Virus record (IMG/VR): IMGVR_UViG_3300030372_001680
Location: 1-42,792 of that record
Length of the DNA: 42,792 nt
Reading direction: 5' to 3' (one strand)
From: a virus
Taxonomy: Duplodnaviria; Caudoviricetes
The translations under genes and the position numbers were made by a program. The notes under the pieces were generated by a model, which was given only the letters and a program-made list of their open reading frames with translations, did no database searches and had not been told where the DNA came from. Positions 16,136 through 27,274 of this stretch are shown in pieces; position 1 is the stretch's first letter, and each line of letters opens with the position of its first letter.

Positions 16136-19100
16136 TCAATCTTTTTTGTTCTTTAATCTATTTATTTGAAGCATTAGATCCAATTCTTTATTTGCTTCTC
16201 TAATTGTTTTTTCATCTGCTGACGTTGCTCCCGAGTTCCCTTCTGCTATAATAAGGTTCCGTTCAAAAGCGGGCCAGTATGTTCCTAAAACTCCAGTGTA
16301 ACCAACAATAGAGTTTTTAGTAGCGAGTTCCATGTTTTTAAATTCATCTTCTCCTAACCTAAACGAAGGTGAACCTTTAATTTGATCCCAAGCAGCTTTT
16401 CGATATTTATCGAGTATTGTTTGAATCATTGTTATTTGTTGAGGAATAATACCTGCATCTGCATCTCTATAAGAAGATAACTCTTGATACTTATCAGATT
16501 TGATAAGTTGCGTAAGACTTTCTCTAAGAGTTAAACCAGCAGATCCATCTGAAAGTTTCTTTTTAAATTTCAGTTTGTTTGGAGATGTTTTATCTATTTC
16601 ATAGAAATATTCTTTTCCTATTTTTTCTACACCTCCTAATCTTATCTTAGAAGAAAGATCTAACCAATAATCGTAAACAGACTGACCTTCTTGGATGCCT
16701 AATTTTTTAGCTATAAGATATTCTCTACTACCTACTTTGCCTATATCAGCAAAAGAAAGAGTTCTATCTAGATTAGAACTAGCATTTAACTCTGGATCAG
16801 GTTTTCTTTGAGAAAACATTAAAGCTGCCAGTTCATTAGCAACAATATCTTCGTTATAAGGAAGAAGAGGAGTAGGATTTAAGTTTTTCTGTAACATCTG
16901 CCAACGAGCATTCCCGTGTTTATAAGCAGGTTCTCCTAAAACATTTCTTTCTGGCGGGTAATAAGCCCTAGTTTTAATGTTAGGCGTAGGAATTTTACCG
17001 AAAAAAGGTATATCTAGTTTATCCGCTTCTCCTACTGCATAAGAGGGTTTAGCCTGACTTCCGATAAGTCTCGGATTATCCTTATCAGGCATAGCATTCA
17101 TATCAGCATCGTCTTGTAATTCTTTTACAAAGAAAGGAACTCCAAACATTTTTACATTTAAAGCATCAATGTAATCTAAAGTTTCTCTCATCATAGGATC
17201 TGTCGATTGAGAAAAATCTTTAGCAATCGTAGGAATATGAGCAGCAATACGTTGCTGCATATACCTTCCCATTTTCCTGTCAGGAGCAGTAATAGCTTCC
17301 GCAGCGTTTGTTATATTTTTAATGTAACTCTTATCTAAACCTGACTTAACTAAAGCCATTGTATAAATAGTGGCATACTCCATTAATACTAATTTTTCTT
17401 GTTTAGAAACTGCTCTAGTATGCGCGTCTTTAATAGCAGCAGGAACCGCAAAAAAAGTAGCAATAGGATCAGCCCTATTATAAGGAACGAATCCAACTGG
17501 AGTTCTAAAAGCAAAAGGTTCGTTTACACCATTTCCTTTCCAATTATCTCGTTCGTCTTTATTTAAAGGGCCGTATCCAGTAGTAATACCTGAATAGGCA
17601 GCTCCAGTACCAGTAATCCACAGAGCTGTTCCGGTAAACAATCTTCCAAAAGCTTCGGAAAACTGTTCTTCATTGCCAGAATATAAATCTTGTTTTAACT
17701 GCTGATGCCATTTGCGAACAAGAGGAAAGTTAAAAGGCACACTATGTTGCCCTATAAATTTCATTAGATTAGCTGGAGTTAAAACAAAAGGTTGATGGGC
17801 AGAAATAGCAGGATGCCTAATAGTCTGCTGAACATGGTGCGTAAATGTACCCCATTGATAATCTTCGAACATTCCTCCAGTTACATCTGTGTCTCCAGAT
17901 TCTTTTAGAGATTTTACAGCAGCTAAAGCTGGTTTTTGCCAAGCTGAATCTTTAGCTCTAGTAAAGCTCCTGACACACATTTCCTCTAATTCTTGAGGAT
18001 TCATTCCTGTGGTACGCTTTATATTTAAAATTTCAGCTTCCATAGCAATTTTCCAGTCGTCTCCGTGACTGTCTATGCATTGCTGAACAAGTCCTTTCCG
18101 AGTAAAATGCTGTCCATTAGCTAAAGTAGATGCTTCTACTAAATTATTTACTCTTTCGGCTATCTGCTCGACATTGACATTAGGGCCAGTAAGTTTTCCC
18201 ATTTGATGAAAATCCGCTATTATAGCAGATCTAATATGAGTTCTGTAGTTTACTTGTTTAATAAACTCATCGAAATAAACCATACCTTTCATCGGCAATC
18301 CTGCTACATTTTTCATAGCAAAATCAGCACCAGCTAGAATATCGTCAGCAAGCCTTCCTTCTCCTACTCCAAGTTTAGAAGCTAATTTAGACATATACTT
18401 ATGCCTAAAATCGTCCTTACCTCCTATTAGTGTTTCTGTTAAAGAGTTTGCATCAAAGCCTACTTGTCCACTGGACATATCCCAACTACCTAAACCAGTT
18501 GTTAGTCCTTCTTTAGAGATGCCTTGAGCTGTGCCTGATCCTACTTCTAATGTAGAACCTCCTTGACCAGCAGATTTTCCAGCGGCTTCGACCGAATTTA
18601 ACAAATCTCTGTGAGTTGCTGCCGAAGGGTCTGAAGTCGGTACGTCACCTACATTTCTTAAAGGTCTCAAAGAATTTTCTGCAAATTCTCCCCTAGAGAG
18701 ATGCTTTAAAAACGTCAGATACATATCATTTAAGTTAGCAAACATAGCGTCTGCGTAAGCATCCGACCAATCTGCTATAGATTCTCTATCTTTTCCTTTC
18801 CACGCCTTAGCAAACTTAGGATCTTTGAGACGGCTTTCTGCTGCCCAAGAAAAATAAGGAGTTCTCATAGCCCAAGCTCCTGCTTTAATGTTTGCAACAT
18901 TAATATAAGACCTTAAAGCGGTGCTAAGGATGTTTACTCCTTGTGTTTTAGGGCTACTTAACATGGCGTTAACCATGTAATCGTTTTTCATAGCCATGAT
19001 ATTCCTAAATAAAGGAACTGATCGAGTGGTCTCTAAAACTCTGAGTAATTTAGTACTTTCGTCTGCGCTTTGTGTGTTAACAGTAGCAGCTATTAATTCT

Positions 19101-22100
19101 GCGTTTTTAAAGATTTCTTCTAAACCTCCGTTTTCATCTAAGACGGCTAACTGAACTTGCCTTAAAACATCATCATCCATTAATGGCTGTCCGTCTGGCC
19201 CTTTGACATCCATCAGTTTCTTTTGAAGCGATTGACCTGCAAGACCCCAAGACCTACGGGCTAATTTCAAAGCTGAAATATCTTCTTTAAGAGCGGATTG
19301 TAATTCTATTAATCTGTTAGCTAATTGAATACCTTCTTCCGAAGCGATTGCTTCTGCTCCTTTTGCTTGGTTTTTCAATTTAGACATTTTAGTAACAACC
19401 TCATACATCTCCTGAGCGTTGCTTTCTATAACGAAACGGAAAGCACCCAACCGAGTGTGGAGGGAAGCTACATCTCCGTGAAGTAAACCATGTCTTTTTG
19501 ATCCTAGAATCGGATCTAGAACATCTTCAAATAGTCCTTCTCCATTTTCTATTTGATTTAGAAATCCTTCAGGATCTATCCCTAAAGAATCTGCTAGTTC
19601 TTCTAACTGCCTTCTATTTTCAGTAACTAACCAATCATTAATATCTCGTCCTGCTTTTATATCATCTGCCATTCCTAGCATTTTTTGCAGTTCATCTGAT
19701 TTAGTAGTTTTCTTTGCAAGAGCAGTAAGTTCTTTTTCCCAAATTTTTATTACAGTTGCTAAAGTTTTTTGAGAACCTCGACTTCCTCCTGCAAACATAG
19801 TATCAGGATTAAACACACCTGATCGGCGCATATCTTCCAAAGCTTCAGCCATAGTAAACCTACGGGGTTTACCATCGGCTCCTTTAATAGTTTTCTTACC
19901 AGAAATATATCGCCTAATAGAGTCTATGCCATTCGCAGGGTCTCTAAAAATATCTTTAGGTTCAAAAGGTTTAATTGAAGCATCGAAGTTTTCGATAAGT
20001 TTTTTACTAGGATTAGCAGCTAAAGTTTCTTCAGGTATTCCCAAACCTCTTTTGGGATCTGTTAAAGCTTCTTTAGTGACTTTCATCATTAACTGCATAC
20101 CTTTAGAAGAACCCATAGAAGGAAGAGTTCCTCCGCTCTTTCCTACTTCTTCGGCTAACAGTTTTGCCCTAGCGGCGAGGAACTTAATGTAAGCATTAGA
20201 CCCACCTTGAGCATCCAAAGCTTCTTTTAAACCGTCCGTGCTAAGCTCCATTGCATCAAGAATTTTTACTTCTTGATAAGCTCCATCGTGTTTACTGATG
20301 CCTTTAAGAAATTTGAAGTTATCTTCGTAATCTTTAATTATAGCATCTTGATCTAAAACAACATCAGTTCCGTGAACTTTCCACAAAACTCCTTGTTCTT
20401 CTAACAGGTTAGATTGGTAAAGTTTTTTACCCTCCATCAAATCACTTAGAGAAGCTCCTCTGCGACGTTCTAAGAAACGTCGTAAAGCAATTAGATTAAC
20501 GTGATTTTCTTCTTCTCCTACAGATTTATAACTACCTTTAGGTTTTAAACCTGCTTTTGGCCCTCGTGCGTGAACTCTTTCGTGTTCAATAATAAATTCT
20601 AAAAGATCATCTTTAGATTTAAAAATATCCCACCCGTCTTGTCTGGAAAATTTGTATCCTCCCCTTTTAAGCATATCTACTAAACGGGAATCGCTTTTTA
20701 AAAGCATAGATAAAGGAGCTGCATCTTTAACCTTAGGCTGTTCCCAAGCTTTATTAGTGTACATCTCTTCAAGAAAATCTTGATCTATGTACATTTTCTT
20801 AGTTCCTCTGTTGTACCAAGCTCCTACACGCCTTCCAGCACGTTTAGATTTAGCTTTAATAATATTTTGATGCTCTTTAACAGAGGAATCTAACACCGAC
20901 AATATTACGCCATCTCCATCTTCTGCTAGGCTTTCTCTTATAGCTTTCCAAGCAGCTTCAGGATCTACATCAATAGAAGGACGGGATCTTAAAACATCTC
21001 CTTTTAATAAAGAGTCCTCTCCTAAATTCATCCAGTGAGTTAAAGGAGTAGAATGGTTTTTATTATAGTTTCCTTGAAATTCTTCTAAAGATTTTCTGTC
21101 AATAGCTACTCCAGCGTCGAAAGCTTTTTTCTCTTGATCTGCAAGTTTAGAAAGTTTCTGCAAATAACTGTCGTGCAATGCTTCAGTCCAAGCTTTAGGA
21201 GACTTAGCGTACTGTTCGCTTAATTTTAAAACATCTTTAGAATACTTGTATGCCCAACCTTTGTGCCAAGAATAACGAAAAGCTTGAACAGCAGTTCCAG
21301 CCATTGCTCCTAAACCTGCTCCTTCAAGGGCTAAAACAAAACGTCCAGCTATTTCATCTGAAAATTTCTCTTCATTAAAATCTTCTGCATCAAAAGTTAA
21401 ATACTCAGCGATTTCTTTAATCTGGTTAGCTGAACTTTCGTGACCTCGGCCTCGCATATAAGTTTCTAAAGCAGGTAAAGCATGGGAACCTATAGAACCT
21501 GTTGCTGGATCAAAGGCTAACATATCTACTACAAACCCACGGGCCATTCCATCTTTTGCAGCAGCAACAAAGCTTTTAAAATTATAATCAAATTTTGCAC
21601 CTTTGTTTCCGCTTAAAATTCTTTCTTTCTGCTCTTTAGAAATAGTTTTATTAGCGTTGTAGTAAGCTTCACTTCCTTCTTTTTGAGCTTTTTTAGCTAA
21701 ATTAACTCTCTGCATTTTTCCTAATGCAGCGTAAGGAACTAAAAACTGTGATAAGCCTTTTGAAAGCTCTCCATAAATTGATTCAGTTTCAATAGTACCC
21801 ATTAAAGAAGGATCTATATCTTCAGCCCATTCGCGTAACCAAGGAAGTTTGTTTCCACTGGCAGCGTCAGCACCTTGTACAATAAAATTAGTAGTTTGTT
21901 TTGCGGCTTCAAGTGGCCCTTGAACTATTCCTCTTCCAACATCAGCTACGCCCTGTCCTAAAGAAGGATTAAATTTTTTATCCATCTCTTCCCGCTGACG
22001 CAGAAGAGTAGCTTGCATCCGCTCAAAATCTTGATCTGTTCCTACATCTTTTTGCAACCGCTCGTAATACCTACGAGTAGCTGCCATTCGATCGGCTGTA

Positions 22101-22210
22101 TTAGGAGGCAAAGGAGTACCTTTAGGTTTTTGCGGAAGACTTTCACTCACCACTTCGTGCATTTTATAAGGATCTTCCTCCTTATTTTTATTTTTAATTT
22201 CGTCGGCCAT
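16136..22210 (-). CDS. Large internal virion (ejection) protein, gp16-like position
   Basis: 2024 aa immediately upstream of the tail fibre; NAMLSSPKTQGVN, DEFIKQ, PFVLTPAN and YNRADP resemble C-terminal motifs of gp16-like proteins. Confidence 0.75.
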   Translation of the reverse strand: MADEIKNKNKEEDPYKMHEVVSESLPQKPKGTPLPPNTADRMAATRRYYERLQKDVGTDQDFERMQATLLRQREEMDKKFNPSLGQGVADVGRGIVQGPLEAAKQTTNFIVQGADAASGNKLPWLREWAEDIDPSLMGTIETESIYGELSKGLSQFLVPYAALGKMQRVNLAKKAQKEGSEAYYNANKTISKEQKERILSGNKGAKFDYNFKSFVAAAKDGMARGFVVDMLAFDPATGSIGSHALPALETYMRGRGHESSANQIKEIAEYLTFDAEDFNEEKFSDEIAGRFVLALEGAGLGAMAGTAVQAFRYSWHKGWAYKYSKDVLKLSEQYAKSPKAWTEALHDSYLQKLSKLADQEKKAFDAGVAIDRKSLEEFQGNYNKNHSTPLTHWMNLGEDSLLKGDVLRSRPSIDVDPEAAWKAIRESLAEDGDGVILSVLDSSVKEHQNIIKAKSKRAGRRVGAWYNRGTKKMYIDQDFLEEMYTNKAWEQPKVKDAAPLSMLLKSDSRLVDMLKRGGYKFSRQDGWDIFKSKDDLLEFIIEHERVHARGPKAGLKPKGSYKSVGEEENHVNLIALRRFLERRRGASLSDLMEGKKLYQSNLLEEQGVLWKVHGTDVVLDQDAIIKDYEDNFKFLKGISKHDGAYQEVKILDAMELSTDGLKEALDAQGGSNAYIKFLAARAKLLAEEVGKSGGTLPSMGSSKGMQLMMKVTKEALTDPKRGLGIPEETLAANPSKKLIENFDASIKPFEPKDIFRDPANGIDSIRRYISGKKTIKGADGKPRRFTMAEALEDMRRSGVFNPDTMFAGGSRGSQKTLATVIKIWEKELTALAKKTTKSDELQKMLGMADDIKAGRDINDWLVTENRRQLEELADSLGIDPEGFLNQIENGEGLFEDVLDPILGSKRHGLLHGDVASLHTRLGAFRFVIESNAQEMYEVVTKMSKLKNQAKGAEAIASEEGIQLANRLIELQSALKEDISALKLARRSWGLAGQSLQKKLMDVKGPDGQPLMDDDVLRQVQLAVLDENGGLEEIFKNAELIAATVNTQSADESTKLLRVLETTRSVPLFRNIMAMKNDYMVNAMLSSPKTQGVNILSTALRSYINVANIKAGAWAMRTPYFSWAAESRLKDPKFAKAWKGKDRESIADWSDAYADAMFANLNDMYLTFLKHLSRGEFAENSLRPLRNVGDVPTSDPSAATHRDLLNSVEAAGKSAGQGGSTLEVGSGTAQGISKEGLTTGLGSWDMSSGQVGFDANSLTETLIGGKDDFRHKYMSKLASKLGVGEGRLADDILAGADFAMKNVAGLPMKGMVYFDEFIKQVNYRTHIRSAIIADFHQMGKLTGPNVNVEQIAERVNNLVEASTLANGQHFTRKGLVQQCIDSHGDDWKIAMEAEILNIKRTTGMNPQELEEMCVRSFTRAKDSAWQKPALAAVKSLKESGDTDVTGGMFEDYQWGTFTHHVQQTIRHPAISAHQPFVLTPANLMKFIGQHSVPFNFPLVRKWHQQLKQDLYSGNEEQFSEAFGRLFTGTALWITGTGAAYSGITTGYGPLNKDERDNWKGNGVNEPFAFRTPVGFVPYNRADPIATFFAVPAAIKDAHTRAVSKQEKLVLMEYATIYTMALVKSGLDKSYIKNITNAAEAITAPDRKMGRYMQQRIAAHIPTIAKDFSQSTDPMMRETLDYIDALNVKMFGVPFFVKELQDDADMNAMPDKDNPRLIGSQAKPSYAVGEADKLDIPFFGKIPTPNIKTRAYYPPERNVLGEPAYKHGNARWQMLQKNLNPTPLLPYNEDIVANELAALMFSQRKPDPELNASSNLDRTLSFADIGKVGSREYLIAKKLGIQEGQSVYDYWLDLSSKIRLGGVEKIGKEYFYEIDKTSPNKLKFKKKLSDGSAGLTLRESLTQLIKSDKYQELSSYRDADAGIIPQQITMIQTILDKYRKAAWDQIKGSPSFRLGEDEFKNMELATKNSIVGYTGVLGTYWPAFERNLIIAEGNSGATSADEKTIREANKELDLMLQINRLKNKKD

Positions 22211-24090
22211 TACCGTTTATCTCCTTGTCTTAAAACTCGTCGAGCAGTCACGCTGTCTTTAGGTTCTTCTATATCTTGCTTGGCTTCTTCTACAGTTTTT
22301 CCTAGCGAAGCTGCAACAGCTTTCTCAGCTTCAGGGCTGGTGTCTACTTCAGCTTGTAAAACATTTACATCAGTAGGAGTAGCTTTTCGAATAGCATCTT
22401 TTGAAAATCCCATTTTAGCTGCATTTCCTTCTGGCCCTGTAGGCATAGAAATAGCACTAACAGTGTCAGGAGATAAATCAGTTACTAAATTATCAGTGTG
22501 TTTACTGAAAGTAGCCTGAGCTAATGGATTTTGTTTTAGTTGTTTTTGTAATTCTTCTCCTAATGTAGCTTCGTAGGCTAAAGCTCGTGTAACATTTTCA
22601 TTAGTATCCTCTAAATAAGAGTATTTACTTTCATTATTTTTTCTTAACAAAGAGCCTTTTCGTGTAACTCCTTGCCTATAGCTTCGGTTCCGAGCTTGAA
22701 ACTCATCTGCCCAAACATCAGCAGGGCTTTTTTCAGCTTGTTGTATTTGACCCAGCTTTAAAGAATTTATCGTAGTCAGAACTTTTTGATATTCGTCAGT
22801 CCAACTACTTTCGTCAGATGCTTTATAAGTAGCATACTCCTGCATAAAATCCCAAGGAGGAGTATCAATAATATCGTCATCTTCTATCTGTTTACCTTCA
22901 ATTTCTAAACCGCTTTTCATTAACGATCGCTGGTATCCACCTAAAGGTCTATCTCCCCAATCTTGCATTATTTGTAAAAGAGTGTGCCTTTTTCTTTCTG
23001 CGGCGTCTCTTTCAACAGAAAGAAAACCAGAAGAAAACCCTCCTTTATACTTTCCATTTTCTACTTCTAACACTGGAGTAGTAAGTTCCATAAGATTTAA
23101 ACTATTAAAAAGAAAGTCTCTACCTTCAGTACCATTTTTTAATTGAGGTACAAATTCAGACAAAGCATCGAAAGTTTGTTTAGCTACTTCTCTTTTCTGT
23201 TCATAAGCATACTTAGCTCCAAAATTAATATCGCTAGTATTAATTAAACTATATTTAAGAACATCGTTCATCACTTTTTCACCGGCAGTAAACTCATTAC
23301 TACCGTCCCAAGGAAAAGTGTTTCTAGAATTTCTATCTTCCATCCATTTAAAAATGTCGTCAGACGTAATTCCTTGTGGATATTTTAGATGACCTTTACT
23401 TTCAACTTTTTCAGAAAAAGCGTTGAATGAATTTGTAAAAACTTCTTTAAAAGTTTTTTTATCTTTCTCATCTGTTATTTCATCCAGATAAGCCCAGTAT
23501 GTATCTTTTATGTTTCTTTGAGTAGCTGGTTCGAATCGACGAATAAGGGGATCGTTGTAATAGTGCTGCATTAAATTTCGCAACTCTTCGGGATTTCTAA
23601 AAATTTGAGCAGTACTAGGTATGGAAATATTTAAACTTTTAATATCTACGTCTTCACCTCCCACAGAAATAGAACCTTTTAGTAGGTCAGTGTAATGAAG
23701 AGTACCCGCTCCAAGGTAAGCTCTAGCCATTACAATTTGTTTAAGAAGCGGTTCTTTAGCTCCTTCAAATTCAGGATTAGAACTCGCTTCTGAGTACGCT
23801 TCAGATAGATTATTATCTAGTGTAATAACTCTTTTTTGAAACTCATGTAATTTTTCTTGGTGATTCAGATCAATCTGGTGGTTAAGTTTCCAGCTTAAAT
23901 TTTTAATTCGGAGTAATCTTAATCTTTCTTTTCGAAGACTATTGTACTCGTCCATAAAACTAGCAGACCCAAATCCAACGCTTTGACTAGATGGAGTCGC
24001 GCCTTTACTGGCATAGAGCATATGAGCTAAACCATGATCTACGTTTTTGTAGGGTAACTCGTCTTTAGATTTAGGATCAATATCAGGCAT
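22210..24090 (-). CDS. Putative internal virion protein
   Basis: 626-aa ORF in the ejectosome block; positional call only. Confidence 0.55.
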   Translation of the reverse strand: MPDIDPKSKDELPYKNVDHGLAHMLYASKGATPSSQSVGFGSASFMDEYNSLRKERLRLLRIKNLSWKLNHQIDLNHQEKLHEFQKRVITLDNNLSEAYSEASSNPEFEGAKEPLLKQIVMARAYLGAGTLHYTDLLKGSISVGGEDVDIKSLNISIPSTAQIFRNPEELRNLMQHYYNDPLIRRFEPATQRNIKDTYWAYLDEITDEKDKKTFKEVFTNSFNAFSEKVESKGHLKYPQGITSDDIFKWMEDRNSRNTFPWDGSNEFTAGEKVMNDVLKYSLINTSDINFGAKYAYEQKREVAKQTFDALSEFVPQLKNGTEGRDFLFNSLNLMELTTPVLEVENGKYKGGFSSGFLSVERDAAERKRHTLLQIMQDWGDRPLGGYQRSLMKSGLEIEGKQIEDDDIIDTPPWDFMQEYATYKASDESSWTDEYQKVLTTINSLKLGQIQQAEKSPADVWADEFQARNRSYRQGVTRKGSLLRKNNESKYSYLEDTNENVTRALAYEATLGEELQKQLKQNPLAQATFSKHTDNLVTDLSPDTVSAISMPTGPEGNAAKMGFSKDAIRKATPTDVNVLQAEVDTSPEAEKAVAASLGKTVEEAKQDIEEPKDSVTARRVLRQGDKR

Positions 24091-24091
24091 T

Positions 24092-26623
24092 TTATCTAGC
24101 TAGGATTACAAAGTATTTGAGCATTAAAGGAGAAACTCCGTCACTACTCCATGAGTCCCAATACCCGTGGTTCTTTGCTTTTTGTTCTACGTTTTCTCGT
24201 AAATCAGAACCTTTAGGTAACAAGACATCAATAGGCTGTTTTGTGTTTAGCTCTTTGTTAACTGTTTGAGCAATACTTTCGGGCTGAACAAAAACCGCTG
24301 GATCGTCTCCAACTTGAGGCATCTCAATTTTTATAGGTTTATCGGAATCGTCCCAACCACTTTCAAATAATTGAGCCCACAACCCCGAAGCTAAGGCATC
24401 TTCCAAGGAAATCCCTCTTTCATTTAGCATCTTAACTTTTTTAGTTATTTCTCTTCTGACAAGTGGCCTGTAAAGCATATCTACTTGAGCGTTAAGAATA
24501 GCTAAATTGTCGTCTGTCTTATCGTCACGGTTCTGAGTATAAACATTAATTAATTTAACTAACTCAGGATTTTTTGATATTTGAGCCTGAACTAAAGATT
24601 TGTATAAGTCTCGATTCATCGGTAAGGACAAATCTGTAACCTTTTTTAAGGTTCCTAGTTTTTCTTTAGAAACTAAATCCAGTAAATTTGTTTTTTGAGT
24701 AGGGGAGAGATAAGCATCTTGAAGAATATTTTCTCTTAATTTACCCATATTAAAATTAGAACTATTTAAAACCTCATCTAAATAAGATGTGAAGATTTCA
24801 TCTTCATCTACTATAGAGTAGCCTCTGTTTTCTAACTGTTTAGTTAAATCTGAAAAAACATTATCTAAGGAAAAGTTAAAAGTACCCTGTTTAGAAATTC
24901 CGTTTACATTAGCTAAAAAAGAATTAAGAAATTTCTCTCTATCTAAATCTTCTTCAATTTTTTTAGCAAAACTTTCAAAATTTTCTTTAGTAATTTTTTT
25001 ACCTTTAGATAAATTCTGTAAATTTTGAGTTAAAGCTGCTTCTATAAACGAGCTTCGTTTATCTTCTGCTTTTATTTTAATTTTATCTGAAAGAAATTTT
25101 TGATGTGCTTGTTTATCTCTTAAAAATTGTAATCCATCAGCCAAAGCTTTATTTTGATTCCTAAGAATAAAACCTTTAGTTAAAACATTAGCAGCATCAG
25201 CCGAAGGTGGGCCAAATGCGCTTCCTTCTCTGTATTCAAAACCAAAAGTTTCTACTCCCTCAACAGGTTCAGAACCAGCGGGGCCATCTAAAGTTACGTT
25301 GTTATTTTGAAACTGCTCCATCAAATAATCTTGATGTGCTTTATCTGTTAAATCGAAAAACTCTCCATTAGGCAGTTTAACTCCATTTTCATTCCACCTT
25401 CTAGCTACTTCCGAAACAGTGGAAGAAAACCAATTAGTTGCATCGGTGTTGACTTTTAGCTGCACTCTTGCTTGGTCTTCTCGTGCGGCTATTAATTGTT
25501 TTTGGAGATCTTGACTCAACAAATCTAGAGATTGTGCTTCAGGCCCGTCACCTAATCTCGTTCCTGTTCCATGTAGTTTTTGATTTATAAACCTGTTTAA
25601 ATTATCCAGCGCATTTTCAATCGAAGTGACTCTTTGAGAGTGTCCTTGAGGGAAAACTTTGCTTTGTAACCATTCTTTATAAGTGTCTACATAAAATTGT
25701 TTACCGTTTAACTCCACTGGGAGAACTTTCATTGGAGGAATTTCCATATTATAGGTAGCGGCTTGCCTATCTTCAGGGGTCATTTCAATTCCAATGCGTT
25801 CCATTGAGTCCAAATCTTTAGGGCCGATGCTATAAGGCGATTCTGCTAAAACTCCTGTTGCATAATAGCGACTAGCTTTGTCAAAATTTCCCTTATCGTC
25901 CCAATAAGAAGCTCCTCCTCCTAGTTCTGAATTGTATTCTTTACCCGCAATCCAAGAAGTTTCAAAAGCAAGTCTCAATCCTTGCTTAATCATTTTTACG
26001 TTTCTTCCCTCAACAGCTTTAGCATAATTACTCTGAGCAGCTACCATCATAGCTTGTATTTTCTGCTCTGCTGCGGGATAAAATCCGAAATCTAAAGTTA
26101 TAGGATTTTGAGGGAGTTCGGATACAGACTCTTGTACTTTATTAGAAAAATGATCTCGAATTAAATTCTGAAATTCATCGGATGGAACCATGTTTTCAAC
26201 AGATTCGTTAATTAAACCATCAATGCCTTCTAAAACATTAGCATTAAAAGCTTCGGACATTGCGTAATTTCGTCCGTAGTGCAGAGCAAAACTGTCTTTT
26301 ACATCAGGTCTTTCGCCATTAAAAAGACCTCTTTGCTCCGCATTGATAAAAGCATTAGTACCTTCTTTTCGTAGTTGAATCCCGTGTTTAATAGCTAAAG
26401 CTCTCCCTTTAGCTTTATCTTCAGCACTCTGCTCATTTAAAATATCTTCTAAAGCTTTTCCTGCGCTAGACCCAAGAGATTGCAACCCTGCCGCAAGAGC
26501 TTTCCAATCGCTTTGATTAGAAATCTGACCCCCACTTACTCCAGAACTTTTTAAAATCTCTGACTGAGGCTTAACTACAAGCCCCTTTTTTTCTGGATCT
26601 AATCCTTCTGTAAGTAATCCCAT
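24092..26623 (-). CDS. Internal virion protein, gp15-like position
   Basis: 843 aa, helical, follows the gp14-like gene. Confidence 0.65.
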   Translation of the reverse strand: MGLLTEGLDPEKKGLVVKPQSEILKSSGVSGGQISNQSDWKALAAGLQSLGSSAGKALEDILNEQSAEDKAKGRALAIKHGIQLRKEGTNAFINAEQRGLFNGERPDVKDSFALHYGRNYAMSEAFNANVLEGIDGLINESVENMVPSDEFQNLIRDHFSNKVQESVSELPQNPITLDFGFYPAAEQKIQAMMVAAQSNYAKAVEGRNVKMIKQGLRLAFETSWIAGKEYNSELGGGASYWDDKGNFDKASRYYATGVLAESPYSIGPKDLDSMERIGIEMTPEDRQAATYNMEIPPMKVLPVELNGKQFYVDTYKEWLQSKVFPQGHSQRVTSIENALDNLNRFINQKLHGTGTRLGDGPEAQSLDLLSQDLQKQLIAAREDQARVQLKVNTDATNWFSSTVSEVARRWNENGVKLPNGEFFDLTDKAHQDYLMEQFQNNNVTLDGPAGSEPVEGVETFGFEYREGSAFGPPSADAANVLTKGFILRNQNKALADGLQFLRDKQAHQKFLSDKIKIKAEDKRSSFIEAALTQNLQNLSKGKKITKENFESFAKKIEEDLDREKFLNSFLANVNGISKQGTFNFSLDNVFSDLTKQLENRGYSIVDEDEIFTSYLDEVLNSSNFNMGKLRENILQDAYLSPTQKTNLLDLVSKEKLGTLKKVTDLSLPMNRDLYKSLVQAQISKNPELVKLINVYTQNRDDKTDDNLAILNAQVDMLYRPLVRREITKKVKMLNERGISLEDALASGLWAQLFESGWDDSDKPIKIEMPQVGDDPAVFVQPESIAQTVNKELNTKQPIDVLLPKGSDLRENVEQKAKNHGYWDSWSSDGVSPLMLKYFVILAR

Positions 26624-26626
26624 GTC

Positions 26627-27274
26627 TTAGCCTTTTAATTGGTAGAATGTCCCAGCGTTTCCTTGAGCGGGTTCGTAGATACCGTCATGGCCTACTACCT
26701 CTCCTAACGAACTACCTCCCCACATACCTTCTTTTTTACCTACTGCATAAGTATTATATGCGTTATCTCCGATGAATCCTAAGATTGCTCCTGCTGCGCT
26801 TGGTTCGGAAACAGGTTTGTTAGTTGCTATGTTACGCTGTAAAGCGTTGAACCTTAGATGATCTAAAGCTCTGCTGTGATGAGCAGTAGCCATTCTTTGT
26901 TCTTCAGATAAATTGTGTAACAACTTAGACCGATCAGCACTATACTGATTCATCGCCTGAGTAAACGTAAGTCCACTTGCGCCTGATTCTGAAATTTGAA
27001 GCTGAGCTTGAGAGCTTTTAACTAGACCTCTTTGACGAATCTGTTCACCTTGTTGGACTCTAGCTGTAGCTTCCTCTTGATGTTTAAGGTTCCGAGAACG
27101 AGCTTCCATTAAAAAAGCTTCGTTTTCAGCGTTTTGTATATCTTGTTGATACTTTCTCTGAGAAGCGGCTTGCTGTTTCTGCCCTCGGTATGCAATGGCA
27201 GCGGAAGCTGCACTAGCTACTAAGGAAATAGCAAGCATAGCAGGAGCCCCACAGGCTAACATAGGTTCAATCAT
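26627..27274 (-). CDS. Internal virion protein, gp14-like
   Basis: Hydrophobic Ala-rich N-terminus, Gln-rich helix, ESGASG motif, size and synteny. Confidence 0.75.
   Translation of the reverse strand: MIEPMLACGAPAMLAISLVASAASAAIAYRGQKQQAASQRKYQQDIQNAENEAFLMEARSRNLKHQEEATARVQQGEQIRQRGLVKSSQAQLQISESGASGLTFTQAMNQYSADRSKLLHNLSEEQRMATAHHSRALDHLRFNALQRNIATNKPVSEPSAAGAILGFIGDNAYNTYAVGKKEGMWGGSSLGEVVGHDGIYEPAQGNAGTFYQLKG

Noticed and set aside
16136-22210. Virion-packaged RNA polymerase (N4- or crAss-like)
   Set aside because: No single-subunit A/B/C motifs or DxDxD catalytic motif found; position and C-terminal motifs fit a gp16-like protein.
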